Positions 26,348-34,283 of a DNA stretch of 42,530 nt are shown piece by piece; the first letter of the stretch is position 1, and each line of letters starts with the position of its first letter. The notes under the pieces were generated by a model that saw only the letters and a list, made by a program, of their open reading frames with translations, made no database searches and was not told where the DNA came from. The stretch comes from a virus (Duplodnaviria; Caudoviricetes). The stretch is taken from the IMG/VR virus record IMGVR_UViG_3300037515_000545, positions 1 through 42,530 of that record; one strand, 5' to 3'. The position numbers and the translations under genes were made by a program.

Positions 26348-26568
26348 CGGACCGCCTTCAACTTGTTGAGGATTCGTTCCAAGTGGGCTTGTTCGTCGAG
26401 GAGGACCATCCGGTATGCGGGTAGGAGGGCGCCGTGGCGTTCCGTGTCAACCTGCCGCCACCTCGCGTCGACCAGTTGTAGGAGGACTTGGACGTCGCCG
26501 CGGGTGAACGCGGTCGAAGGGAGCGTGTCGAGAGGCGGGAATTCGCCGAGAGTGAAACCGCCGCTCAT
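26344..26568 (-). CDS. Hypothetical protein
   Basis: ATGA-coupled ORF. Confidence 0.55.
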   Translation of the reverse strand: MSGGFTLGEFPPLDTLPSTAFTRGDVQVLLQLVDARWRQVDTERHGALLPAYRMVLLDEQAHLERILNKLKAVR

Positions 26569-26957
26569 CGGAGGGACCGCCTGCCCCGGTCTGTCAACGA
26601 CCAGTCACCGGTCCGACGGCTGTAGGAGACGTGGCCTTCCAGCCAGAGGACCCACAGGTGGTAGCGGAGGCGTTGAATGTGGAGCCAGCGTGTCATCGGG
26701 TTCCCCGTGCTCTCAGCAAGGCGGCTATCACCAGGCCGAAGTTGACACCGGCAATCACACCGGCCAGGAACAGGATCATCGGACTGCTCCCCCCACTTGG
26801 AGGGGGCTTTGGGGCTCAGAGGGAGCAGCCCGAAGGTTGCATGCAGGAAAGACTTTCAACGAGGCGGCGTATCCGGCCAGCCGGTCGCCAATCGGCGACA
26901 CGGTGGTTCTACGGAGGCGGGAGGTCAGCCGGTAGAAGCGGAGGCGCCAACGGAGGC

Positions 26958-27350
26958 TCACGCGGACACCCTGGCCTTGAGTAGTCGACGGCACTCCCGA
27001 CATTCACGCCACCCGCGGGCGTCTCGACCCGAGTACTGATGCCCCCGCGGGCAAAGGGTCTTTCTGGCGTTGACCGTGGTGACCTGAGTGGGGGAGCGGC
27101 GCAGATTCTCCCGATGCGTCACGGCCTCAAGATGATCGGGTCGGACGCAGTGCCGGACCCGGCAAAGATGGTCGATCGTCAGACCCTCAGGGATGGGGCC
27201 GATCACCCACTCGTAGGCGTAGCGGTGGATGTAGACCTTCTCACCCTCAGCGACGAACCTGGCATAGCCCGAAGGCTCGAGGGCCCCGGTCCACAGCCAG
27301 CAGTCGCCCGACGAGTCAACCTTCGACCAGAAGCGTTGTTCCGGTGTCAT
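26958..27350 (-). CDS. HNH homing endonuclease (HNH_3 type)
   Basis: RFWSKV....CWLWTG...GY...HR.AY....GPIP.GL.IDHLC....CV.PDHL..VT..EN; CPRGH. Confidence 0.92.
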   Translation of the reverse strand: MTPEQRFWSKVDSSGDCWLWTGALEPSGYARFVAEGEKVYIHRYAYEWVIGPIPEGLTIDHLCRVRHCVRPDHLEAVTHRENLRRSPTQVTTVNARKTLCPRGHQYSGRDARGWRECRECRRLLKARVSA

Positions 27351-27529
27351 GTCTTCGTCTCGTCGCGCTGGCTGGGGGCGGGGAGATGAAGCCTGTCGAG
27401 ATGCCAGTAGACGCCTTGGGGGCTCATGTTGAGGGCGTTGGCGATACGGATGGCCGACCATCCGGCCGTGTACAACCGAAGGACCGCGTCCGCCTTTGAC
27501 TCCCTACCGGTGGTTCGTAAAGTCGTCAT
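27347..27529 (-). CDS. Small HTH protein, Cro-like first gene of the early operon
   Basis: GWSAIRIANALNMSPQGVYWHL HTH; immediately downstream of a consensus promoter. Confidence 0.8.
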   Translation of the reverse strand: MTTLRTTGRESKADAVLRLYTAGWSAIRIANALNMSPQGVYWHLDRLHLPAPSQRDETKT

Positions 27530-27537
27530 TACGGAAG

Positions 27538-27566
27538 ACTGTAATTCCGAAGTGGGGGCTTGTCAA
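27538..27566 (-). promoter_or_regulatory. Leftward early promoter, likely near-leaderless
   Basis: TTGACA (27566-27561), 17 nt spacer, TACAGT (27543-27538); ATG follows 8 nt later with no RBS. Confidence 0.8.
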
Positions 27567-27588
27567 GTAGGCAATGTTCCGATATGGT
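27560..27588 (+). promoter_or_regulatory. Rightward promoter for the repressor-like gene
   Basis: TTGTCA (27560-27565), 17 nt spacer, TATGGT (27583-27588). Confidence 0.7.
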
Positions 27589-27658
27589 CTTACCTGTGAA
27601 GTGCTTCCGGGGCAGAAGCTCTGATGGAATCCCGGGTAGAGAGCAAGGAGGCTCGACA

Positions 27659-27982
27659 ATGGCACGCAGCACGACACAGCCGACAACCGAACTAGGCCGT
27701 CAACTAGAGAAGGAGCGGGTTAACCGCAACCTGAAAATGCAGGGGATGGCCGACTACCTCGGAGTGTCGAAACCGACCTACCTCGGCTGGCTACGAGGTA
27801 CCAGACCCCAATCACACCACCTTGAGCTCATCGCAGAGAAGCTCGACACCAAGCCTGGTTCGGTTCTCGGGTGGGTGCTTGTTTCCAGCGGACTTGTCAT
27901 AACGTGGAAAGAGGACCAGGGCGAATGGTTCCCCCGGCCTATCGACATTCAGGTTGACACTGCAACCCTGGTGGCCGCCTGA
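27659..27982 (+). CDS. XRE-family HTH regulator (CI-like, no peptidase S24 domain)
   Basis: AAGGAGG RBS; L...R..RNL....MA.YLGVS..T...W.RG.RP....L..IA..L. Confidence 0.85.
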   Translation: MARSTTQPTTELGRQLEKERVNRNLKMQGMADYLGVSKPTYLGWLRGTRPQSHHLELIAEKLDTKPGSVLGWVLVSSGLVITWKEDQGEWFPRPIDIQVDTATLVAA

Positions 27983-28003
27983 CCGCCACCCGAAGACCCG
28001 CCC

Positions 28004-28282
28004 ATGGCCTCGCCGTTCCACCGGGGAGATTTCAAACGTATCCGCCGCAGCATCACCATTGCTGTCCTCGAACTCGAAGGCCTCGAACCGCGGATGTTGT
28101 TGGCCTACAAGCGGGGACTGATCCCCTCCGAAGTGGCCGCCGACCTGACGTTGGCCAGGCTGATGGCAACAGAACTCGACGGGTTGTTGCGCGGGGCGTT
28201 GGACAGGTCGCTGGCCGACACCGGCCGGTACTATCAGGTCTACTCTGACGCCAGCTACCAGCGGAAGGGTTTGGTCGCCTGA
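28004..28282 (+). CDS. Hypothetical helical protein co-transcribed with the repressor
   Basis: ORF between the repressor and a strong hairpin. Confidence 0.6.
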   Translation: MASPFHRGDFKRIRRSITIAVLELEGLEPRMLLAYKRGLIPSEVAADLTLARLMATELDGLLRGALDRSLADTGRYYQVYSDASYQRKGLVA

Positions 28283-28289
28283 AAAGGGT

Positions 28290-28325
28290 GAGCCCCCCTT
28301 CGGCGGCGGGGGCGAAGGGGGGCTC
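28290..28325. terminator. Hairpin terminator between convergent transcripts
   Basis: 13-bp stem GAGCCCCCCTTCG/CGAAGGGGGGCTC; ACCCTTTT follows on the minus strand. Confidence 0.75.
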
Positions 28326-28383
28326 GGTCACGCACCAGGGACAGGCATACTGGCACGTGAAAGTTTCAGATCTGAGTGCAGGC

Positions 28384-28459
28384 ATCCGCGTTCCGACTTG
28401 AACGGAATCTCCAGGCCCTAGTCCCGGCGCTCTACCGCGGGCGTTGAGCTAACGCGGAC
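28384..28459 (-). tRNA. Non-canonical tRNA-like element (nominal anticodon TAG, Leu; possibly pseudo-tRNA or other ncRNA)
   Basis: Acceptor TCCGCG(T)/(A)CGCGGA, D arm GCTC..GGTA.GAGC, anticodon stem CCGGG/CCTGG with loop ACTAGGG, T arm TCCG-TTCAAGT-CGGA; no CCA. Confidence 0.65.
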
Positions 28460-28638
28460 ACCTGCACCCCTCGGCCCGTCGGCCAAGATTCACCGAATCA
28501 GACAGCGGCAGTGTCGATAGTTGGATTCACCTTTGAACCGGCAGGCGGTCACATGCCCGTCGCACGTCCAACACCAGAACCCGCCTTTCTTCGTACGGGC
28601 AAACGGGTTGTGGCAGATGCTGCAGCCAAGCGCCGTCT

Positions 28639-28719
28639 TCACACGGGGGCCGGCTCTTCGACCGGCACTTCAACAGGTACCACTTCGATGATTTCGATCG
28701 GGTCACCGATTTGGGCCAC
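28639..28719 (-). CDS. 26-aa acidic Pro/Val/Glu-rich peptide
   Basis: AAAGGAG RBS, GTG start: MAQIGDPIEIIEVVPVEVPVEEPAPV. Confidence 0.65.
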   Translation of the reverse strand: MAQIGDPIEIIEVVPVEVPVEEPAPV

Positions 28720-28731
28720 GATGGGCTCCTT

Positions 28732-29352
28732 TCAGAATGTCATCCACGAGATGAACTCGAGAGGCTGGTAGCGGGCGGACAGTTGCCGCACAGCCTCCCG
28801 GAAAAAAGAGACGGCTTCGATGACCGCCCCTTGACGGGGGGTGTGTTCGTCACACCAGCCGCGTATCCCCCCGGTGAGGACTTCAACCCGGGTGACATCC
28901 GCAGCACAGGTCGGCGTCCACCCGCAGTCGACGTCCAACACGACAGGCGATTGGATGGTCGCATGTTCCGCTTTGAACCCGAGTGTGCAGCGGATCACCC
29001 GGCCGGTGAGAGCCACCGTCCCGGAGGCGTGGACCAGACCGGCGACAACATGAGCCCACTCTTGTAGCGGGTGTTCGGGGAGGGCACAGTAGAAACCGCA
29101 TTGGCAGGAGAGGGAGGGGGCCGGGTCGTCATGCTGCGGGATGCCCATGTTTGGCCACGGCCACACCTGAGGAATGAAACATTGGGCCGTGTTGTCCACC
29201 GCCCACGTGTGGTTGACGTTCAACGACCGGAGCGCCATCCCACGTTCGTCCGGGTAGACCCGCCACAGCCGGTAGCCCACAACAGGTTTGGTTGACAGGG
29301 ACAGGGGGAGTTCGTCGCCGCCCATGTTCCGCGGGTTCATCCAAGGTGTCAT
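28732..29352 (-). CDS. Uncharacterised Cys/His-containing protein (GYRxW / CxCGFY type)
   Basis: VVGYRLWR..LRS....W....AQC...H..P...CQCGFY...G.V.LTG.VI....GFKA; ATGA overlap. Confidence 0.75.
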   Translation of the reverse strand: MTPWMNPRNMGGDELPLSLSTKPVVGYRLWRVYPDERGMALRSLNVNHTWAVDNTAQCFIPQVWPWPNMGIPQHDDPAPSLSCQCGFYCALPEHPLQEWAHVVAGLVHASGTVALTGRVIRCTLGFKAEHATIQSPVVLDVDCGWTPTCAADVTRVEVLTGGIRGWCDEHTPRQGAVIEAVSFFREAVRQLSARYQPLEFISWMTF

Positions 29353-29552
29353 CGTTCCTCTCCGAAATGCAGGTACAGCCAGACACCGGCAGTGCAGGCG
29401 ATCGCACGGCGTGCGAACTTCGGGAGTCGCGATACCAGTGTTGTAAACGTTGGTGTCCACCGGCGGTGCGCTATTAGCGCGATTAGCTCCCATGCGGCGA
29501 TACCGCCTATGACGTAAGGCTCGTACCTCACGTACGTCACGTACCTCACCAC
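29349..29552 (-). CDS. Small membrane protein
   Basis: Two hydrophobic segments, C-terminal WL.LHF. Confidence 0.65.
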   Translation of the reverse strand: MVRYVTYVRYEPYVIGGIAAWELIALIAHRRWTPTFTTLVSRLPKFARRAIACTAGVWLYLHFGEER

Positions 29553-30598
29553 CCTTCGGCTTTGCGATCCTGAACGAACACCTCCCCGTGGAACGTCGGC
29601 CCGTGTTCAGGGGTGTTCACCCAGAACTTTTGGGAGGGAGGCGACGGCAGGAAGTTGTGGTCAAACGCGAACTCGTCGTAACCCTTCAGACAGTTGCCGA
29701 CGATCAACCCGGGGAGGGTCAGGTTCTGGTGGAAGTGACCCATCACCATCGTGTCGTAGGGTTGGCCCATCGCCGTGTTCCGACGTGACTTGCGATGTTG
29801 GCCCAACATGAGCGGAGCCAACGCCCCAGAAATGCCTGTACCGCCGGAGAACTGGTCGCCGTGGGTCAGCAGGTAGGTGTGGTCGTGGAGGGTGAACGTC
29901 AGGTCGGCAGCCTCGGACGGTTGGATGGTCACCCTCGGATCGTCGGCGAACGCTTTCACCAACATGTGGTAGATCACCCATGTCACCGAGTTGCGGGCTT
30001 TGCTTTTCGACTTCTTCTTCTTCTCCCACCGGTCATGGTTTCCGGGGACCGCCGGGACGTACAGGTGGCCGAACTCGTCGGCGACCAAACGCAGGCCGGC
30101 TTCGAGCTGTTCGGACCAGTGGACGATCGACTCGGCCAGGGTTTCGTCGTTGGTCTCCCTGAGCTCGTCGTGGATGTACCCGGTGACAATGTCCCCTCCG
30201 AGTGGGATGCAAGCCCCGTCGTATTCGACCCCGGAAATGTGGTCGCGGGCCAAGACGATGAACTTCTCGAACGCCCGTCTCAGCCGTTTCTCAGCGATCG
30301 AATGGTTGTAGGCGGCGTAGTGGTTCGTTTCGGCGGGGTCGACCACCTCACCGAAATGGGTGTCGGTGATGAGCATGCAGGCGATACCCTGACGGATCTC
30401 CTTCGACCTAGACCTGACCGCCCACTTCGGAGCGGACGTGGACAAGGATTCCAACCGGTCGAGTAGGCCGAGACGGTTCTTCAACTCGCCGACCTCGACG
30501 GCCAGCCGTTTCGTCTTCTCCCGTTCCGTCCGCAGATCCCCACGCAGTTGGCCCACCTCAGTCGCCTCTTCGACCAACGCCTCGATGTCTACTTGCAT
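29546..30598 (-). CDS. Calcineurin-like metallophosphoesterase with N-terminal coiled coil
   Basis: DTH.G, GGD, GNHD, THGD and GHFH motifs. Confidence 0.9.
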   Translation of the reverse strand: MQVDIEALVEEATEVGQLRGDLRTEREKTKRLAVEVGELKNRLGLLDRLESLSTSAPKWAVRSRSKEIRQGIACMLITDTHFGEVVDPAETNHYAAYNHSIAEKRLRRAFEKFIVLARDHISGVEYDGACIPLGGDIVTGYIHDELRETNDETLAESIVHWSEQLEAGLRLVADEFGHLYVPAVPGNHDRWEKKKKSKSKARNSVTWVIYHMLVKAFADDPRVTIQPSEAADLTFTLHDHTYLLTHGDQFSGGTGISGALAPLMLGQHRKSRRNTAMGQPYDTMVMGHFHQNLTLPGLIVGNCLKGYDEFAFDHNFLPSPPSQKFWVNTPEHGPTFHGEVFVQDRKAEGW

Positions 30599-30831
30599 GG
30601 GCAGTTACCGTTGAGGTGTTTACGCAGGGCGTTTTCACCAATCGTCACATCCCACTCGCGTTTCAACACGGCTTGGATGGCGGTCCGACGGAACTTCAAC
30701 CCTTTCTGCTCTCGAGCTTGGACGCCTGCTATGAACGCGGCAGCGTCCCCCTCCAGTCTGAAACCCCAACAACTGCGGTCCGCCCCCGCGTGCGGCAGCC
30801 CGTCCAATAGCTCGTCGACGTGTGTACTCAA
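30589..30831 (-). CDS. Small HTH/zinc-binding protein paired with the phosphoesterase
   Basis: AI..VL..EW...I...ALRKH..GNCPC. Confidence 0.65.
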   Translation of the reverse strand: MSTHVDELLDGLPHAGADRSCWGFRLEGDAAAFIAGVQAREQKGLKFRRTAIQAVLKREWDVTIGENALRKHLNGNCPCK

Positions 30832-31020
30832 TCGTCACCTTCCCGCTTAGGTGTGTTCGATTACCTGAAGATTCTCATGAACCCGACGAACACGGCCAGG
30901 ATCACAAGACAGACAATGAGGTAGATCACAGGGCGAGGAGGAGCGCCGGAGTCACCACCGCGGCCACCACGATCAGGATCATGGCGACCACCACTTGGAT
31001 GAGGAACATGGCGACCCGTC

Positions 31021-31242
31021 TCACTGTTCGACAAGTGAGGGTGTGTTGGGCGCGCTGAACGGGGCGGAAGCCACCGACGTGAGCACGGAGACGGCGGCAC
31101 CGGCCAAAGCGAACCCGCCCGCGGCGACCAGGTCTACCTCGAGTATCGAGAAAGCGTCGGCACCGGCGAACACCAGAAGAAACTGTGCGGCAGTTTTCAC
31201 TGCTCGTTCTAAAGCTTGACGCCAGAAAACCCAGGAGGTCAT
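31021..31242 (-). CDS. Holin (r1t type)
   Basis: FW..ALERAVKTAAQ...SVLTSVAS signature. Confidence 0.9.
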   Translation of the reverse strand: MTSWVFWRQALERAVKTAAQFLLVFAGADAFSILEVDLVAAGGFALAGAAVSVLTSVASAPFSAPNTPSLVEQ

Positions 31243-31310
31243 ATCCGCTGCGCCACGTAGATGATGAGGACCACCACAAGGATGATCCAAAGAATGTTCT
31301 GGAGGTTCAC
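31239..31310 (-). CDS. 23-aa single-TM peptide in the lysis cassette
   Basis: AAGGAG RBS; MNLQNILWIILVVVLIIYVAQRI; overlaps at both ends. Confidence 0.6.
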   Translation of the reverse strand: MNLQNILWIILVVVLIIYVAQRI

Positions 31311-31690
31311 GGTTTGTCTCCTTGTTCGAGTGTTCCGAGTTCGTGTTTCAGGTCGTCCCCCCCAGGGTCAACAGCGTGAAGCCGTTCAGCGGTCGACACT
31401 GCGATGCCCGCCTTGTCTTTCAACCGGATGTTTTCGAGGAGGGCAGCCTGCAAAGCGTCGAGCGTTGACGTCAGACGGCTGTTGACCAGGACGTGGATCT
31501 CCTGCACTTTCACATCCTGGGCTCGCAGCTTCCGGCGTGTCAGCAGGTAGCCCACGACCACCGGGCCGATAGGAGCGATCAAAGCCAACAGCGCTACGAC
31601 TAAAGGTGAGCTGGCGTCGATGGCCGACTGTGCGAGCACCACCACCGACGCGCCGGCCACATAAACCCACCCGAAGTGGGTGTGTATCAC
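31307..31690 (-). CDS. Lysis-cassette membrane protein (TM plus coiled coil)
   Basis: GTGA overlap with the endolysin stop; TM followed by EIHVLVNSRL. Confidence 0.7.
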   Translation of the reverse strand: MIHTHFGWVYVAGASVVVLAQSAIDASSPLVVALLALIAPIGPVVVGYLLTRRKLRAQDVKVQEIHVLVNSRLTSTLDALQAALLENIRLKDKAGIAVSTAERLHAVDPGGDDLKHELGTLEQGDKP

Positions 31691-32559
31691 AATGCCGCTT
31701 TCAACACCTCGATGGTCCGGGCGGGCAACACGTCGAGCAGCCGGGCCACCCGGGCGTCCAGTTCCGCTTCGGACACACCCTCGATGTCGAGGGCAGCCAC
31801 CGCCGCTTCGGTCGCACGCACCAGCCGGTAAGTGCCAGAGATGAGCGACAAGAGCGGCGTGTTGTCGACCGACGTGCCGCCCGGATATGAGACGACGGCT
31901 TTGGCGATCTTCTGGATGTCTTCGTCGGTGAGTGGCATGTCCATTGCTCCTTGAGTGTCTTGTCGTATCAGCGGCATCGGGTTGGTGAACCCACTCCAAC
32001 GCGGGTCTATCTTGCGGGTCGTCCACTCCCGGTGGCCCAGCAGTCGGGTCGCCGGATCCCAGCCCATGTGGGCACAGATCGCCGCGTTGGAGCGGATGAG
32101 GGCGTCACGTTGGGCGGCGGCGATGTAGGTGCCGTTGCCGAGATGCTGGACTTCGTTGTCGATGAACCAGGCATTCCCGCCGACACCAGGGTTGGAACCG
32201 GCGGGCTGGCCGGAGCTGTTGTAGGTATCGGACGGAGCGGGGAGTGGAGTGTCGGAGCCAACCGCGCTTAACACTTTCCGGTCTCCGTAGCCTGAGTCGA
32301 ACGCCCACCCGGCATTGAGGATCACAACCACCCCATCCCCACGAATGGTCAGATTGCATTTCTCCTCGAGCGACCCGTTGAGGTAGTAGGGAGGGTTGGG
32401 ATAGTCGGTGAGGATCGAAGACCCTGCCGTGTGATGGTTGAGCAGCCCGATCGGTTTGTAGTCGTCGAACGGGCGCATGGTGCGGGTCTGCCAGCCGGTG
32501 TGTTCGATGACGGCGAGCCCGGCGTCCCGGTGGATGTCGGCCAGCCAGTCGAGTCTCAT
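31687..32559 (-). CDS. Endolysin, N-acetylmuramoyl-L-alanine amidase (Amidase_2)
   Basis: WLAD....GL.V....GW, HHTAG, GHREWT.RK.DP. Confidence 0.9.
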   Translation of the reverse strand: MRLDWLADIHRDAGLAVIEHTGWQTRTMRPFDDYKPIGLLNHHTAGSSILTDYPNPPYYLNGSLEEKCNLTIRGDGVVVILNAGWAFDSGYGDRKVLSAVGSDTPLPAPSDTYNSSGQPAGSNPGVGGNAWFIDNEVQHLGNGTYIAAAQRDALIRSNAAICAHMGWDPATRLLGHREWTTRKIDPRWSGFTNPMPLIRQDTQGAMDMPLTDEDIQKIAKAVVSYPGGTSVDNTPLLSLISGTYRLVRATEAAVAALDIEGVSEAELDARVARLLDVLPARTIEVLKAAL

Positions 32560-32743
32560 CCCACTCCTTTTCTGGCACGGGTAACAATCTCAACCACAGG
32601 AGCCTCCCTGCCGATACACTGGATGGACGGTGGCCTTCTACTCTGGAGGTCGCCGGGATAGCCCGACGGGGCGAAAAGGTCGAGTTCCATCCCGACCTTT
32701 CCCGGCATCACACAGGATGGAGGACATGATGGAGGTCCCCAAC

Positions 32744-33490
32744 ATGCTGATCGCGACACTGCTTCTAACGGCCACGCTGGCCTGCCCACAACCGGCATCC
32801 GGTATTCCCGACCTGGTTGCCCGGTTAGCATTAGGGATCTACCGCACCGCTGGGATTGAAATGGTTGCTCCACGTAACTCTGAATGGGCTTACCTATTCG
32901 GCACAGAGCGGCCTGACCTGCCAACCCAACCTGCGAAGGAAGCCGACAACATTGCCTATGGCGTGTGGGTGGACCCGATCTACGACGGGTGGTGCTTTGA
33001 GGAGTTCGTCGACGAGACGCTATCGGATGAGCGGTCGTGGCCCAATGTTCGGAAGAAACATCCGAACGAGGTCCCACAGTTTTGGGTCATGCTCACATCA
33101 CCTGCCGGAGCATGCGGCAATGAACGATACGTCCGTCTCACATGTGCATGGAACAACGGTGACGGGACCGGTCGAGTCACTTACAACGCTGTCCAATGGA
33201 ACCGCGGCTATCCCGGAGAGTCCACTGTCGAACGGGCCAGGCAACTTGTCGTCAACCATGAGGTCGGCCACATGTTGGGCTTCGGCCACTACCACTGTTC
33301 CGTCATGTCCTGGCGTGACGACTGTTTCCCTATCTCCTGGCCATCGAAGGATGAACAGAACGCTGCAGAGTGGGTATACACAGACCGGTGGCTGCTGGGC
33401 GGAGACGACTACGACACCTGGTCTGGATCTGATTTCGCTTCACGGTACGGCATAGAGCGGCCAGTTAGTTTCTCAGCCCTAGCTAGGTAA
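32744..33490 (+). CDS. Exported DUF3152-like zincin metallopeptidase (moron on the opposite strand)
   Basis: GGAGG RBS; signal-like MLIATLLLTATLAC; FVDETL.D.RSW, V.L.SP, VVNHEVGH.LG.GH..C.VM. Confidence 0.8.
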   Translation: MLIATLLLTATLACPQPASGIPDLVARLALGIYRTAGIEMVAPRNSEWAYLFGTERPDLPTQPAKEADNIAYGVWVDPIYDGWCFEEFVDETLSDERSWPNVRKKHPNEVPQFWVMLTSPAGACGNERYVRLTCAWNNGDGTGRVTYNAVQWNRGYPGESTVERARQLVVNHEVGHMLGFGHYHCSVMSWRDDCFPISWPSKDEQNAAEWVYTDRWLLGGDDYDTWSGSDFASRYGIERPVSFSALAR

Positions 33491-34283
33491 AGGCCGACCG
33501 GACGCCGATCACCAACACCTTCAGTGAGAACAGGTCGTCACTGAATGTTCCAGATGACAGGTGCGCCTCCTGAGTTATATTGATGGAACGACCGGCGGGA
33601 GACAGAGAGACCGTGGCCTCCTCAACAAGCATCGTATTGCTTATTCGGTTAGCTAGGACGTCTTGGTTGGCGGACACGGAATCTTCCCCCGAGCCTCCGT
33701 CGTCAAGGGTTAGACGGTGAACCAGAAGTATTTCACTCCCGGGGTTGGTGATAGTGGCGCGGGCGAACCCGAATATGGTCACTTCCTCGACGTAGTCGGG
33801 AGGGTCAATCGTGATGTCGCCTACCGTCTGCGGGCTGGTAGTCAGTGTGATGTTCGCGGTGACATCCTCTGACGAGGCGAACCACAGGGACTGCACCAAC
33901 CCACCCGCCACATGCAGCCCGTCGGCGTCGAGCACCACCAGTTCTGTCGTACCATTCGCGGCGTACAGCTTCTGCCCGCCCGCGGGTGTGATTTCGAGGG
34001 ACCGGGTGCCGTCGGACCGGTTGAACCGCAGCCGCGTCCCGTCGAGCACGGACAGTTGAGACCCGTCTGCTTCGAAGGTGATAAGCCCGTTCTCGTCGAT
34101 CGTGAACAGCACGTTCCCCGACGTGTCGAGGAAGCTGAGCTTCCCGCCGTCCTTCACGGTGATCCCACCGGACCCGACCGACGCTGAGGTGAGGCGGGCC
34201 GCGGTTTCCAGCTTGCCGATCCGCCGGTCGATGTCGGCGAAACGGTCGGCGAACGAACCCCGGTCGGGGTCTCCGGGTCTCAC
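33483..34283 (-). CDS. Minor tail protein
   Basis: N-terminal coiled coil (DIDRRIGKLET), beta repeats; last gene of the tail module. Confidence 0.75.
   Translation of the reverse strand: MRPGDPDRGSFADRFADIDRRIGKLETAARLTSASVGSGGITVKDGGKLSFLDTSGNVLFTIDENGLITFEADGSQLSVLDGTRLRFNRSDGTRSLEITPAGGQKLYAANGTTELVVLDADGLHVAGGLVQSLWFASSEDVTANITLTTSPQTVGDITIDPPDYVEEVTIFGFARATITNPGSEILLVHRLTLDDGGSGEDSVSANQDVLANRISNTMLVEEATVSLSPAGRSINITQEAHLSSGTFSDDLFSLKVLVIGVRSAFT

Noticed and set aside
28411-28428. Amber-suppressor or pyrrolysine tRNA (CTA in the anticodon loop) implying stop-codon recoding
   Set aside because: The stem CCGGG/CCTGG centres TAG, not CTA. Genes read intact in the standard code and TAG is used as a stop (e.g. 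capsid gene).
32556-33077. Minus-strand 173-aa ORF upstream of the endolysin
   Set aside because: It overlaps the motif-bearing plus-strand peptidase and has no recognisable features.
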